From positions 3,310-67,309 of the forward strand of contig CAZQFB010000002.1 in NCBI GenBank assembly GCA_964592525.1: a stretch of 64,000 nt of DNA. The letters run 5' to 3'. The position numbers were made by a program, and so were the translations under genes. The first letter of the stretch is position 1; each line of letters starts with the position of its first letter. Under the pieces are notes generated by a model. That model did not search any database. It worked only from the letters and a program-made list of their open reading frames with translations, and was not told where the DNA came from. The DNA comes from an uncultured Candidatus Saccharibacteria bacterium (lineage in GTDB: Bacteria > Patescibacteriota > WWE3 > CAZQFB01). Shown piece after piece: positions 9,584 to 18,898 of this stretch.

Positions 9584-9904
9584 ATCTTACCTCGAGCAAC
9601 TTATTTGACTGATTATATCCAGGTGTTAATTTTGATAATCTGTTTTCACTAATGACCAGCTAACCTTTAGTTTGATAAGTCTACAAACCCCCAGGGTTGG
9701 GTTTGCTAGTTTGACAGTGTGGTTGAGCAGGAGTATTTTTCTCTTACGCTCTTGAATAACCAAATGGAGGTGGAGAGGTGAGAGTCCAGAAGCTGCTTTT
9801 GGATGTAGCCAAGGTTTTGGCGGTGCTTTTACTTATGGGTTTGGCTGTTTGGGTGTATCTGGGATGGCAGGTAGAGCCGAAGCTTCCGGTACTGGGTGAG
9901 GCGA
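9545..9904. repeat. Direct repeat copy 2 (terminator + promoter region + 5' coding region)
   Basis: Near-identical to 8497-8866. Confidence 0.7.
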
Positions 9905-10497
9905 TATATGTGGATGAGCTGAAGCCCCTGTCAGAAGAGAAGGGGGGAAACTGGCTCTATGAAGGTTACCCTTCGGAAGTGTTCACCGTTTCTGCCGACG
10001 TGGCACAAATGCAGATTGCTGCCACCCAACCTTTCACGCTCACCTATCTGGGTTATACCAAAGTACCTGCGTCTTATCTTTTCCAGTCTGAAGAAAGACA
10101 GCATGAGGCAGAATTAGTGTCTTGGGTTCAGGAGATAAACCAGCATACGCCTGCCTGGAAGTATGAAACCTCACCTCCCGAGCCATTAACGGTTGCAGAG
10201 GTGGGTAGTTTTTACTGCTTTGATTTTGAAACTCTTGGTGGTACTTGGCAGATAAGTTCGCAGAGAAAACCCCTTGAAGCTGGTTGGCCTAAGCTACGGC
10301 TTAGAAGTGACCAACCCTTTAAGGTCTACTCCCGGACCATTGATGCGCAAGTGATCAAAGCCTATCGGATTAACTCGGTTCTTCCGAGAATACTAGTAGT
10401 AGCTGTGGTAGGTATGATTTTGTCTTTGCTAGCGGTAATTGTCATTGTTGGTACCGATCATACGGGAAAAGAAAGCAGTCAGGGAAAAGAAAACTAG
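9778..10497 (+). CDS. Bitopic surface protein, paralog 3
   Basis: Same N-terminus and conserved blocks as paralogs 1-2; C-terminal TM and short basic tail. Confidence 0.65.
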   Translation: MRVQKLLLDVAKVLAVLLLMGLAVWVYLGWQVEPKLPVLGEAIYVDELKPLSEEKGGNWLYEGYPSEVFTVSADVAQMQIAATQPFTLTYLGYTKVPASYLFQSEERQHEAELVSWVQEINQHTPAWKYETSPPEPLTVAEVGSFYCFDFETLGGTWQISSQRKPLEAGWPKLRLRSDQPFKVYSRTIDAQVIKAYRINSVLPRILVVAVVGMILSLLAVIVIVGTDHTGKESSQGKEN

Positions 10498-10511
10498 CGC
10501 TAAGCAAGAAA

Positions 10512-10551
10512 GAGTGGGGGTGCCTGTCTGCCCTCACTCTTATGTTTAATT
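10512..10551. terminator. Hairpin terminator copy 3, shared by convergent genes
   Basis: gagtggggg-loop-ccctcactc followed by T-rich run; overlaps the stop of the minus-strand gene 10546-12411. Confidence 0.5.
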
Positions 10552-12411
10552 AGCACATTTAATAACAGGTGCGGGACCAACAGAGCCTAACTCGGAATCA
10601 TTAATCGCTGAAGGTACACCCCATTTTCGACCAATGCGGTCATAGTAATCTAAATAACCAATAGTACAATTACCAAACCGGTGTTTAATTAACGTGTAAC
10701 TGCCATAAGACTTATAATCAGTTTGCCGATAGCTATTATTTTGGATAATATTCTTTATTTCCAGGTACTTATTCCAAACTAGTTTGGCGCTGCCCGCTTC
10801 GTTAAACAAACCGAACTTATAAGCATTTGAGGCTTGGTCAATAGTTGTAAAGTAGCTAAGCACATTAATTTTTCGGTTATTGTGGTTGTAAGCGGCAGCT
10901 TCAACCGCCCAAATGGCTGCCATCGTGGCTTGATTGGTTTCATTTCTGGTCGTCCAAGTATCGGTAGGAGCACTGGCTCCCGTGCCTTCGGTAATCCATA
11001 TTTCAGTGTTGTTTAAGCCAAAACTATCAAGTAACTCTCTGACGTAATCAGCTTTTGTGCCAAGCCAAGTATTATTAGTTTTTACCCAACTACTGCGGAA
11101 ATCGTTATAAGCATGAATAGGCACCACTTCCAATAGTGACAGTTTGTTTTGTCGCTTAAGTTCGGTCAACACTTGCTTGAGGAAATCGCAATTAAATTTA
11201 CCGCTGCTGCCTGTTTTGACATTACGGTTGTCATTGAAAATGTAGCAATCATCCAAAGCCAAACCAGAAATGGCCACTTTAGTTTGGGGGTTTTGGGCTT
11301 TAATGGCTTCAGCGACGGCAATAAACACATTAGCGTAACCGCTGGGGTTGCTGCCATAGCATCCACCAGCATCACCAGAGGATTTGGTGAGATCAAAATC
11401 AGCCTCATTCATAATTTCCCACGTATCCACATAAGGATGGAGCGCGACTTTTTGTTTTGCCCAAGTAGAAAATTGTTGTATTGAGGGTTGATCAGTTTTG
11501 TTACACTGCTTGTCGCCAGGCATACTAAAAGAAGGGTGCAGCGTAACTGCTATTTTTTTACCGGCTTGATTTAATTCTTTAAACAAGGGTATTTCCTGCG
11601 AACCCCAGTCATAAGGTGGTGGCAGAATGCGTGGGTGCACCCTCTCAATTGGACTTTGTTTGATTTGCTCAAGTACCGAAGCCGGTTCAACACCTAATAA
11701 ACGTACACTAAATTCAGGCTGCCCTGTACTGATAGTTGGTGGTTGCTCTGGCGCGGGGGGGTTAGTTGCCGGCGGTGTTGGGGGGGTACTAGGTGGTGCA
11801 GGATTTGGCTCCTCTGGAGTACTAGCTACTTGGCAGTATTCGCTGGCATATTCGCGCCAATACTTTTCACTAAGGGCGGTTAATTGCTCTGGCTGGGAAG
11901 TAGCTTGGCAGGTGACGGTTGCTGAAGGATACACCTGGGTACCTTTGACGGTATAACCAGAGTTAAGATTAAGTTGGTAGGGACTGCTAGTGGTGGTAGA
12001 CTGACCTGCTGGTGCTGGGGGGGTCGGTGCGGGATCGCTTAGCGGAACGTCACATTCACAGTAGCCGTAAAGATATTCATTCCATTCCGCCTTAGTTAAA
12101 CCACTACGAACATAGGGGGTTGTTTTAGCGTAAATTGTTTGGTTTGAAGAGTATCGTGTGCAGTAAAAAGAGGCACTGGAATAAACGAGCTTGCCTGATT
12201 TGTAGTGACGTCCATAATAAGTGATGCTGTATGGACAAGTGGCTGATGCAGCTTGGCTACTTAGCCTGGTGGGTTGGTTGTTGAGAGGTATTACTATTAA
12301 AGCGGCTAGAAGGATAATAAAAAGACCCACAAATTGGGCATTTTTCTTAAGAGTTAAAACTATGGCAGGAAAGTCTAACATTTGATCTAGTTTTATAGCT
12401 ATTGTATCCAT
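10546..12411 (-). CDS. Secreted/membrane-anchored glycoside hydrolase-like protein (clan GH-A-like TIM barrel) with Cys-rich N-terminal repeats and Pro/Thr linkers
   Basis: N-terminal TM, repeated EWNEYLYGYCECD / YWREYASEYCQ modules, PT-rich linkers, candidate catalytic motifs WEIMNEAD and IWITEGTG. Confidence 0.5.
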   Translation of the reverse strand: MDTIAIKLDQMLDFPAIVLTLKKNAQFVGLFIILLAALIVIPLNNQPTRLSSQAASATCPYSITYYGRHYKSGKLVYSSASFYCTRYSSNQTIYAKTTPYVRSGLTKAEWNEYLYGYCECDVPLSDPAPTPPAPAGQSTTTSSPYQLNLNSGYTVKGTQVYPSATVTCQATSQPEQLTALSEKYWREYASEYCQVASTPEEPNPAPPSTPPTPPATNPPAPEQPPTISTGQPEFSVRLLGVEPASVLEQIKQSPIERVHPRILPPPYDWGSQEIPLFKELNQAGKKIAVTLHPSFSMPGDKQCNKTDQPSIQQFSTWAKQKVALHPYVDTWEIMNEADFDLTKSSGDAGGCYGSNPSGYANVFIAVAEAIKAQNPQTKVAISGLALDDCYIFNDNRNVKTGSSGKFNCDFLKQVLTELKRQNKLSLLEVVPIHAYNDFRSSWVKTNNTWLGTKADYVRELLDSFGLNNTEIWITEGTGASAPTDTWTTRNETNQATMAAIWAVEAAAYNHNNRKINVLSYFTTIDQASNAYKFGLFNEAGSAKLVWNKYLEIKNIIQNNSYRQTDYKSYGSYTLIKHRFGNCTIGYLDYYDRIGRKWGVPSAINDSELGSVGPAPVIKCAN

Positions 12412-12613
12412 AGATAAGTGTATTTTATTTTTAGTTGGTAAGCAACTTAGCAGGAGTAGGTCAGGTGGTTATGTCACCCTTCACACCAAAAGGTGGAATA
12501 GGTGCTGGGACGCTTTATGGTTGGTAGTAATTTAAAACTCTAATACCAAAACCCTAAGCTTGAGAAATGTTAAATGATGGGTACTTATTTGTCAAAATGA
12601 TAAAATAGATATC

Positions 12614-12988
12614 ATGCCCAAACATCGGTCTAAGTCCCAATTAATTGCCAGTACTTTTGTCTTGTTTATTGTCATCACCGGTTTTATTACGGCGCTAACT
12701 TACTACGTATTATTTGAAGCGGAATGGCTCATGCTTAGCGCACTGCTTGCTATCAATATGGCTAGTTTCATATGGATGGGGTTGGATAAGGGCAAAGCCG
12801 GTTGGGAGAGGGCACGGGTGCCGGAGCTGTTCTTTTATTTAGTGGCTCTCTTAGGTGGCGCTGGCGGTATCTTGGTTGGTGTTCGCTTTTTTCATCATAA
12901 AACACAAAAAAACACTTTCTTAGCTATGGTTGGTTTGATTGTGCTGATCCAGGTGCTGGGAAGTGCTTTATTTATTCTAACTAAATAG
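12614..12988 (+). CDS. DUF1294-like membrane protein
   Basis: Pattern GLDKGKAGWERARVPE ... LLGGAGGILVGVRFFHHKTQK resembles DUF1294. Confidence 0.55.
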   Translation: MPKHRSKSQLIASTFVLFIVITGFITALTYYVLFEAEWLMLSALLAINMASFIWMGLDKGKAGWERARVPELFFYLVALLGGAGGILVGVRFFHHKTQKNTFLAMVGLIVLIQVLGSALFILTK

Positions 12989-13002
12989 CTCAAGACAAAG
13001 TT

Positions 13003-13032
13003 GACCCCCCCCTCAATATTAGCAGGGGGGTC
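13003..13032. terminator. GC-rich hairpin between convergent genes (possible terminator)
   Basis: gacccccc-loop-ggggggtc, 8-bp stem; no strong T-run on either side. Confidence 0.3.
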
Positions 13033-13152
13033 TAGCTGCGAGTCACACCGCCGGCGCAGGTGTTTCTCGTGCTAAGTAACTATGAATATAAAACAGAATT
13101 CTTAATGGCACAAGTGGTCATAGCTGCTGCAAGCGCAGAGAGAAAACGCTGC

Positions 13153-13860
13153 TTAAAAATGCTTGAGGATGCGCTCTAGCTCACCATCCAGAACCCGCTC
13201 TAGTACCTGAAAAGACTTATTCAACCGGTGATCTGTTATTCTGTTTTGGGGAAAGTTATAAGTGCGGATTTTTTCATTTCGCTCACCTGTGCCTACTTGC
13301 TCTCGCCTTAAGTCATCAACCCTTTGTTTATTCTGATCTTGCATCATTTGGTATAACTTAGCTGATAAAGTATTTAAGGCTTTAAGTTTATTTTGGGCTT
13401 GAGACCGTTCATCTTGGCAGGTGACAACTACTCCGGTGGGAAGATGGGTTATTCTAACGGCTGTTTCTACTTTGTTAACATTTTGTCCACCTGCGCCAGT
13501 GGCGCGAAAAGTGTCGTATTTTAGATCTTTGGGGTTGATTTCTAGGGTGGTATTTTGGCTTTGAGGTAAGACGGCTACGGTTACGGTTGAAGTATGAATT
13601 CTTCCAGATGACTCGGTTTTGGGTACTCTCTGTACACGGTGGACACCACTTTCGTGGTTTAAGCTTTTAAAGGCATCAGCGCCAACAATTTGGGCGCTAA
13701 GCACGTTGCCAAGATGGGTATCTTGGTTTTGGAAAGCCCAGCCTTTTTTGAAGGCGTATTTTTGATACATGCGAAACAATTCACTAGCAAATAAGCTGGC
13801 TTCCTCGCCACCAGCGCCCGCTCTAATCTCTAAGATAATTGTGTCTTTACAGGGAGTCAC
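13153..13860 (-). CDS. prfA: Peptide chain release factor 1, N-terminally short (domain 1 not encoded in this ORF)
   Basis: GGQ motif ([11 protein letters not shown]), RF1-type PxT motif (PKT in [10 protein letters not shown]), ORF begins at the position equivalent to the start of domain 2. Confidence 0.8.
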   Translation of the reverse strand: MTPCKDTIILEIRAGAGGEEASLFASELFRMYQKYAFKKGWAFQNQDTHLGNVLSAQIVGADAFKSLNHESGVHRVQRVPKTESSGRIHTSTVTVAVLPQSQNTTLEINPKDLKYDTFRATGAGGQNVNKVETAVRITHLPTGVVVTCQDERSQAQNKLKALNTLSAKLYQMMQDQNKQRVDDLRREQVGTGERNEKIRTYNFPQNRITDHRLNKSFQVLERVLDGELERILKHF

Positions 13861-13865
13861 GGTTT

Positions 13866-14252
13866 TTATTTATCGGGGGGTAAAGAAGCGGCTTTTTTGG
13901 CAGCCAGAGCAGCTAATTTCGCTAAGTCACTGGTACCGCGCTGGTGTAATTTGGCTTTTTCTTTTTCCACCATCTCTCTTAAGGTTTTAGGGGTGTCTTT
14001 TTCAATATTTTTCTTTGCCTTACGTGTGGCTCTTTCCCGCGCTGATTTTTTGGCTAACTCCTGTTTTTTCTGAAATCTTTCCACCCGACCTTCGGTGTCA
14101 ATTAATTTTTGCTGACCAGTATAAAAGGGATGACATTCCGAACATATCTCAACCTTAATTTCAGGTAAGGTTGAACCAGTGGTAAAAGTATGACCACAAG
14201 AACAAATGACTTTGGCTGCTGGATAATAGGTGGGATGTATTTCTGGTTTCAT
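13866..14252 (-). CDS. rpmE: 50S ribosomal protein L31 with unusual ~65-aa Lys/Ala/Glu-rich C-terminal extension
   Basis: [11 protein letters not shown] ... CSCGHTF ... [11 protein letters not shown]31 core; same frame continues to stop at 13866, directly abutting prfA. Confidence 0.8.
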   Translation of the reverse strand: MKPEIHPTYYPAAKVICSCGHTFTTGSTLPEIKVEICSECHPFYTGQQKLIDTEGRVERFQKKQELAKKSARERATRKAKKNIEKDTPKTLREMVEKEKAKLHQRGTSDLAKLAALAAKKAASLPPDK

Positions 14253-14382
14253 GGTTGTGTTTTCTAAGCGGCGGTATTTTAGCATTGAGGTTAATGATAT
14301 GCAATGGGTGCGGTTTATCACTCCTTAATCTTGACATGATAAAAGGAAGGGGTTGATAATAAACTGTTCCTAATTAATAAAT

Positions 14383-15150
14383 ATGGCAGCAAAAAAAGCA
14401 CCACGTCAGTTTTACTCGCGCAAAAAAACTACCAAAGTAGTCCAACCAAGCACCACTTTAAAAAAGAAAACTATCCGTAAGGTTTCTTCTGCGCGGAGTA
14501 GTTCACTTGCTAGCAGTTCAAGAGGTCAAAACGTGTGGCAAAAATTGAGAGCGACCTCTGTATATCCAGATTTTAGCGATTTGGATGATTTGGTACGTTT
14601 TGCGGCTTATTTTTACTTATTAGCTTTAACGCCCTTGTTGACGGTGTTGATCCAATCGGTTAATACAGCATACTCTCCGGGCAACGAGGTTAAGATTCAG
14701 TTAGCTGATAAATCCCTAAAACCGGAAGCAGCTGTGTTGGGGCAGCAGTACCCACCAGAACAGCTAATTAGAGAGCAAAGTACCCCAAGCTATCCTTTAT
14801 GGCAGGTGGAGTACTCGGGCTATACTGGCTTAGCAGATTCAACAGCAGCTGATTTGATTGAAGCTGAAGTATTGGAATATCGTTTTGATGAACAACCTTT
14901 AGTGACCGTACCGATGGGGGTGAGTTGGCGGACGCTCTTGCCCGTAGAAACTGCGGATCTTTATACTTTTTATGTGGCTGCTCCCGCTACGGCTCGGGTT
15001 TATGTTGATGGGTTGTTGCTAGTTGAAAAAATTAATCCTGACGTACCAAGTGCATATAATTCCGTGCAATTAGAAGTGGGTAAACATGAAGTTAGGGTGG
15101 AGCTTGATGCTACCCCGCAAGTTGCCTCTTTCCAGTTCTTATTTTATTAA
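14383..15150 (+). CDS. Hypothetical membrane-anchored protein with C-terminal beta-sandwich-like region
   Basis: Basic N-terminus, one TM helix, C-terminal segment with PA14-like alternating pattern (inference). Confidence 0.4.
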   Translation: MAAKKAPRQFYSRKKTTKVVQPSTTLKKKTIRKVSSARSSSLASSSRGQNVWQKLRATSVYPDFSDLDDLVRFAAYFYLLALTPLLTVLIQSVNTAYSPGNEVKIQLADKSLKPEAAVLGQQYPPEQLIREQSTPSYPLWQVEYSGYTGLADSTAADLIEAEVLEYRFDEQPLVTVPMGVSWRTLLPVETADLYTFYVAAPATARVYVDGLLLVEKINPDVPSAYNSVQLEVGKHEVRVELDATPQVASFQFLFY

Positions 15151-15154
15151 CCTT

Positions 15155-16138
15155 TTACTTTAATATTTTACTGTGTCGGAGAGTTTTTCGTTGGTTGCTG
15201 GAACCTTGGTTATGTATTAGTACTCCCAGCGCAATAATTAAACCTCCTAGTATGAAATACCTGTTAGGGATTTCAGCTAAGAGATAGAAAGCAATAGGTA
15301 TGGTAAAGAGAGGGGAAAGGTAAGAAAAAATACTGGCTTCAGAGGCTTCAGTAGATTTTAAACCATACTCATATAAGCCATAAGCTAAAACAGAGCTAAA
15401 CAAGCCCATAAACAAAATCCCTGGTGCGGCTAAACCGACGTTGACTATTTGGTGACCAGTAGTAATGGTACTTTGCTCCCAAAGCGCTAACGGAAAAAAT
15501 ATTATCAGGCAGACGAACATGATCATGGCAGTAACGGTAAGTGGATTGTATTTATCCAATAATTCTTTGGATAAAATAACAAAAGCGGTACCCACCAGAC
15601 CCGCACTGATAATGAGCAGATTACCAATTAAAGTATTGGTGGCACCCTGCTGCAAGTTGGATAGGGAGGGAATAAAAGTAAAAGTTGTGCCAAAGAGGAT
15701 GATCGCTAGTCCTATTTTTTCCAAAGTTGTTATTTTATCGTGCAAAAATATTACTCCGGCGATAACGGTGAATACTGGGCTGATTGACGAGATCAGCGCT
15801 CCTTCTAAAGAGCTGGTTTTAGCAAAGCCCCAGAAGACAAAGGTGAAATGTATGGTTGCCAGTAAGCCTAGCAGAATTAAACGAGACACATCTTCCTTTT
15901 TCACAATATGGTTGTGGGTGTTACGGAAAAAGAAGGGTAGAATAAATAGACTAGCTACCACGAAGCGCCAGAAGAGGAAGGTGAATGTGGGTACATATTG
16001 CAGGGTTAATCTAATAATCGGTACCGCTGCTCCCCAGATAACAGCGGTACAGGTTAAAGCTAGTAAAGCTAAATTCCTTTTGCTCATGGTCATTATTTTG
16101 TCTTGTTTAAGTGTGGGTGCTGGCGTTTTCGCTGTCAA
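15155..16138 (-). CDS. DMT-superfamily (EamA-like) transporter
   Basis: About 10 TM helices, two EamA-like halves, FWRF motif; exact start uncertain. Confidence 0.7.
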   Translation of the reverse strand: MTAKTPAPTLKQDKIMTMSKRNLALLALTCTAVIWGAAVPIIRLTLQYVPTFTFLFWRFVVASLFILPFFFRNTHNHIVKKEDVSRLILLGLLATIHFTFVFWGFAKTSSLEGALISSISPVFTVIAGVIFLHDKITTLEKIGLAIILFGTTFTFIPSLSNLQQGATNTLIGNLLIISAGLVGTAFVILSKELLDKYNPLTVTAMIMFVCLIIFFPLALWEQSTITTGHQIVNVGLAAPGILFMGLFSSVLAYGLYEYGLKSTEASEASIFSYLSPLFTIPIAFYLLAEIPNRYFILGGLIIALGVLIHNQGSSNQRKTLRHSKILK

Positions 16139-16246
16139 GTAAAACGTTTATCTGATGGGTGCTTTTTGAGATCTGCTGGAGCAATAACCCAATTGATTTT
16201 TTTCGCGGACATGCTACTATGCTCTCAAGTTTACTCGAATTATTAC

Positions 16247-16831
16247 ATGAACACGAAATTATTTAATACTATTTACGGTTTAGCTCTGCTCATTGTGGTT
16301 CCTTTAGCGGCTTTAATGTTCTTTTCCAATCGTAATTTAGCTAATAAGCATAGCGACCAAGTGGAAAAAATAACCCAACTTGAGAGTAAGGTGGGTGAAA
16401 TTGAAAGTACTAACCGAGTACTAAGAAGTGAGCTGGAAGTTATAGCGCAAGGGCAGGATACAGCTAAGCCCAAAGAAGTGCCAGTAGTAACCAAAAAGGA
16501 GGCTACTGCTGATTTAGAGACGACAGATGAGGTGGATACTGTTCCTAGTGATACTGATGCTGTGTCCGTTTCGGTTTTAAATGCCCGTGGGGTGCAAGGA
16601 ATTGCCGCCGAAGTTAAAGAGACCCTTGAAGAAGATGAGCGGTTTGTCATTGATAATGTTGATAACACCTCTTGGCAGGTGAACTCTTCTTTACGGGTGC
16701 GTGAGGGTTTTGAAGCAGAAGCGCAAGATATTAAAGACCTCTTAAGCGAAGACTATACTTTTGATGAGGATGCCGTTTTAACTGATGAAGATGGTGACTA
16801 CGATATTATTGTCATTATCGGTCAAAACTAA
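16247..16831 (+). CDS. Membrane-anchored LytR_C domain protein
   Basis: N-terminal TM, coiled-coil, C-terminal VSVLNARGVQGIAAEV ... IIVIIGQN resembling LytR_C; start taken at ATG 16247. Confidence 0.5.
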   Translation: MNTKLFNTIYGLALLIVVPLAALMFFSNRNLANKHSDQVEKITQLESKVGEIESTNRVLRSELEVIAQGQDTAKPKEVPVVTKKEATADLETTDEVDTVPSDTDAVSVSVLNARGVQGIAAEVKETLEEDERFVIDNVDNTSWQVNSSLRVREGFEAEAQDIKDLLSEDYTFDEDAVLTDEDGDYDIIVIIGQN

Positions 16832-16866
16832 AATAAGCGTTGGTGCTATTTCCCCCTGTGTTTCTA

Positions 16867-18153
16867 TTAATCAGTTGCGGTGTTTTTTAATGAGCAGGTT
16901 AAAGCTTCTTTGGCAGTTGCTAAAAACGAGGTGATATCAGCAGGTTTAACTGTTTGTTGTTCCCCCGAGAGCATATTTCTAACGGTAACTTGACCAGCGG
17001 TGGCTTCCTTTTCTCCAATGATAATGACATTGGCGATTTGTTTTTTGTGGGCGTAAGTTAGTTGTTTGACTAGAGAGGTATTGTCTTTTAAGTAAAGTTC
17101 AGTATTTATTCCTTGTTCTCTAAGGAAGCAGGCTGTAGTAATGGCTATTTGTTCATACGTGGGGGAAGTTACGGTCACTAATACTTGGGTTTTTGCTTGT
17201 TGCGTGTGTGCTAGGTGTCTTTCTTCCAGTACATCGCATAGCCTGTCTAAACCAAAAGAAATGCCTGTGGCAGGGGTAGCTGTACCAGTGTATTGCTCTA
17301 TTAAACTGTCATAGCGACCGCCTCCAGCAATGCTGCCCATTTTTGGCCATTCCACCACAACCTCAAAGATTGCACCTGTGTAATAATCCAAGCCTCGAGC
17401 TAAAGTGGGTGTAAAAACCACTGCTTTCTTGTCCACGCCAAACTGCTCTAAATAATTAATAATCATGTTGATATTGTCATTGGGTTGAGTCTGCTGGAGT
17501 AGGGTAAAAATCTTATTAATGGTATCTGTGGTTAAACCTTTGTGATTAAGTTCTGCTTGGACGGCAGTGGTTGAGGTTTTATCTAACTTGTCCAAGGTTT
17601 GCATGACTTTAGAAAAATCAGCTTCAGTTACGCCACTGTGGGAGAGGAGCTCTTTGATAATATTTCGATCGTTAATTTTGATGGTGATGTTGGTTAGGTC
17701 AAGTTGGTTTAGAACTTGAAAGACTATTGTTAATATCTCGGCGTCAGCTAGGGGTGAAGAAACACCAAAAATATCAAAATCACACTGTGTGATTTCTCGA
17801 TACCTGCCTTTTTGTGGTTTATCGGCACGCCATACGCGCTGTATCTGATATCTTTTGAAGGGTTTAATGATATTGGGATTCATAGCCATAAAACGGGCTG
17901 TGGGTACGGTTAAATCGTAGATTAAACCAATTTGCCGACCACCTTGGTCGGCAAATTTATAAATTAGTTTCTCGGCTTCTGCTCCAGATTTGCCGGTTAA
18001 CACTTCTTGGTATTCAAGAGAAGGGGTTTGTAGGTTAACATAACCAAATCGCTCAAAAGTACTAGTAAGTATCGTTAAGACCTTATTTCTAATGGTCATT
18101 AATTCGGGAGGATAATCTCGAAAACCCTTGAGGATTTGTGGCTTGGCTGACAT
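16867..18153 (-). CDS. hisS: Histidine--tRNA ligase
   Basis: 428 aa, class II aaRS motifs, N-terminal KGFRDYPPE, C-terminal anticodon-binding domain. Confidence 0.9.
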   Translation of the reverse strand: MSAKPQILKGFRDYPPELMTIRNKVLTILTSTFERFGYVNLQTPSLEYQEVLTGKSGAEAEKLIYKFADQGGRQIGLIYDLTVPTARFMAMNPNIIKPFKRYQIQRVWRADKPQKGRYREITQCDFDIFGVSSPLADAEILTIVFQVLNQLDLTNITIKINDRNIIKELLSHSGVTEADFSKVMQTLDKLDKTSTTAVQAELNHKGLTTDTINKIFTLLQQTQPNDNINMIINYLEQFGVDKKAVVFTPTLARGLDYYTGAIFEVVVEWPKMGSIAGGGRYDSLIEQYTGTATPATGISFGLDRLCDVLEERHLAHTQQAKTQVLVTVTSPTYEQIAITTACFLREQGINTELYLKDNTSLVKQLTYAHKKQIANVIIIGEKEATAGQVTVRNMLSGEQQTVKPADITSFLATAKEALTCSLKNTATD

Positions 18154-18294
18154 AAAGTTATTGTAACAAGTTACATGAGTTTGAGCATTAGTCAGCTTAT
18201 CTTTTTGGTTATAGTTTGCAGACTCTATACTTTCTTGGTGAATAATATTATGCAGCTTCTGAAAAGTGATTCTCTATGGTACGATAGGTGAACA

Positions 18295-18864
18295 ATGAAT
18301 ATCACTCGTTTAGACCAATACACCTTAGTGATCAAGAGTAAAACAGGTACCATAGCCTTTGATCCTAGTAGCAAAGAATTGGCTAAAGGTAATTATCAGG
18401 TTAGTGTAATAACCCGTGATTTAGAACCAGCTTCTCGGACGCTAATAAACCAGGAAGAGGGGTACCTTGTCTTTGGACCTGGTGAGTATGAAGTCAGTGG
18501 CATGGCCATTGCTGGTTGGCGAGTTGCTATGGCGACTGTCTATGTTTGTGAAATTGAAGGACTTAACATCTGTCATTTGGGTACCTTAACAGCTAAGTTA
18601 CCTTCTGCTATCTTGGAAGAGCTGGGCGCCATTGATCTCTTAATTTTGCCCCTTAATGGTAGTAAGGGTTTAGAGCCTAAAGTGGCGGTGGAAGTGATGA
18701 ATCAATTGGAGCCTTGGATTGTCATTCCTTTGTATGATCAAGAAAGTGTGTTGGCTAAATTAGCGAAGGAAATAGGTGATGAGAGTTTTGCGAAAGAATC
18801 TAAACTGACGATTTCGCGTGCCACACTGCCCCAGGAAACAGAAATTCGCGTAATATCTTCATAA
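18295..18864 (+). CDS. Hypothetical protein, possibly MBL-fold-like (no canonical HxHxDH seen)
   Basis: C-terminal pattern ICHLGTL ... DLLILPLNG ... PWIVIPLY resembles MBL-fold hydrolases, but the metal-binding motif is not evident. Confidence 0.35.
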   Translation: MNITRLDQYTLVIKSKTGTIAFDPSSKELAKGNYQVSVITRDLEPASRTLINQEEGYLVFGPGEYEVSGMAIAGWRVAMATVYVCEIEGLNICHLGTLTAKLPSAILEELGAIDLLILPLNGSKGLEPKVAVEVMNQLEPWIVIPLYDQESVLAKLAKEIGDESFAKESKLTISRATLPQETEIRVISS

Positions 18865-18898
18865 TTATTGCTTGAAGCAATATCAAGAGGTCTAAAAA

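Noticed and set aside
13153-13875. Programmed +1 frameshift of RF2 type at the release-factor gene
   Set aside because: The protein has the RF1 PxT motif, not the RF2 SPF motif; there is no CUU-UGA-C shift site, and the stop preceding the ORF is TAA in the rpmE frame. The unusual architecture is kept as a separate finding.
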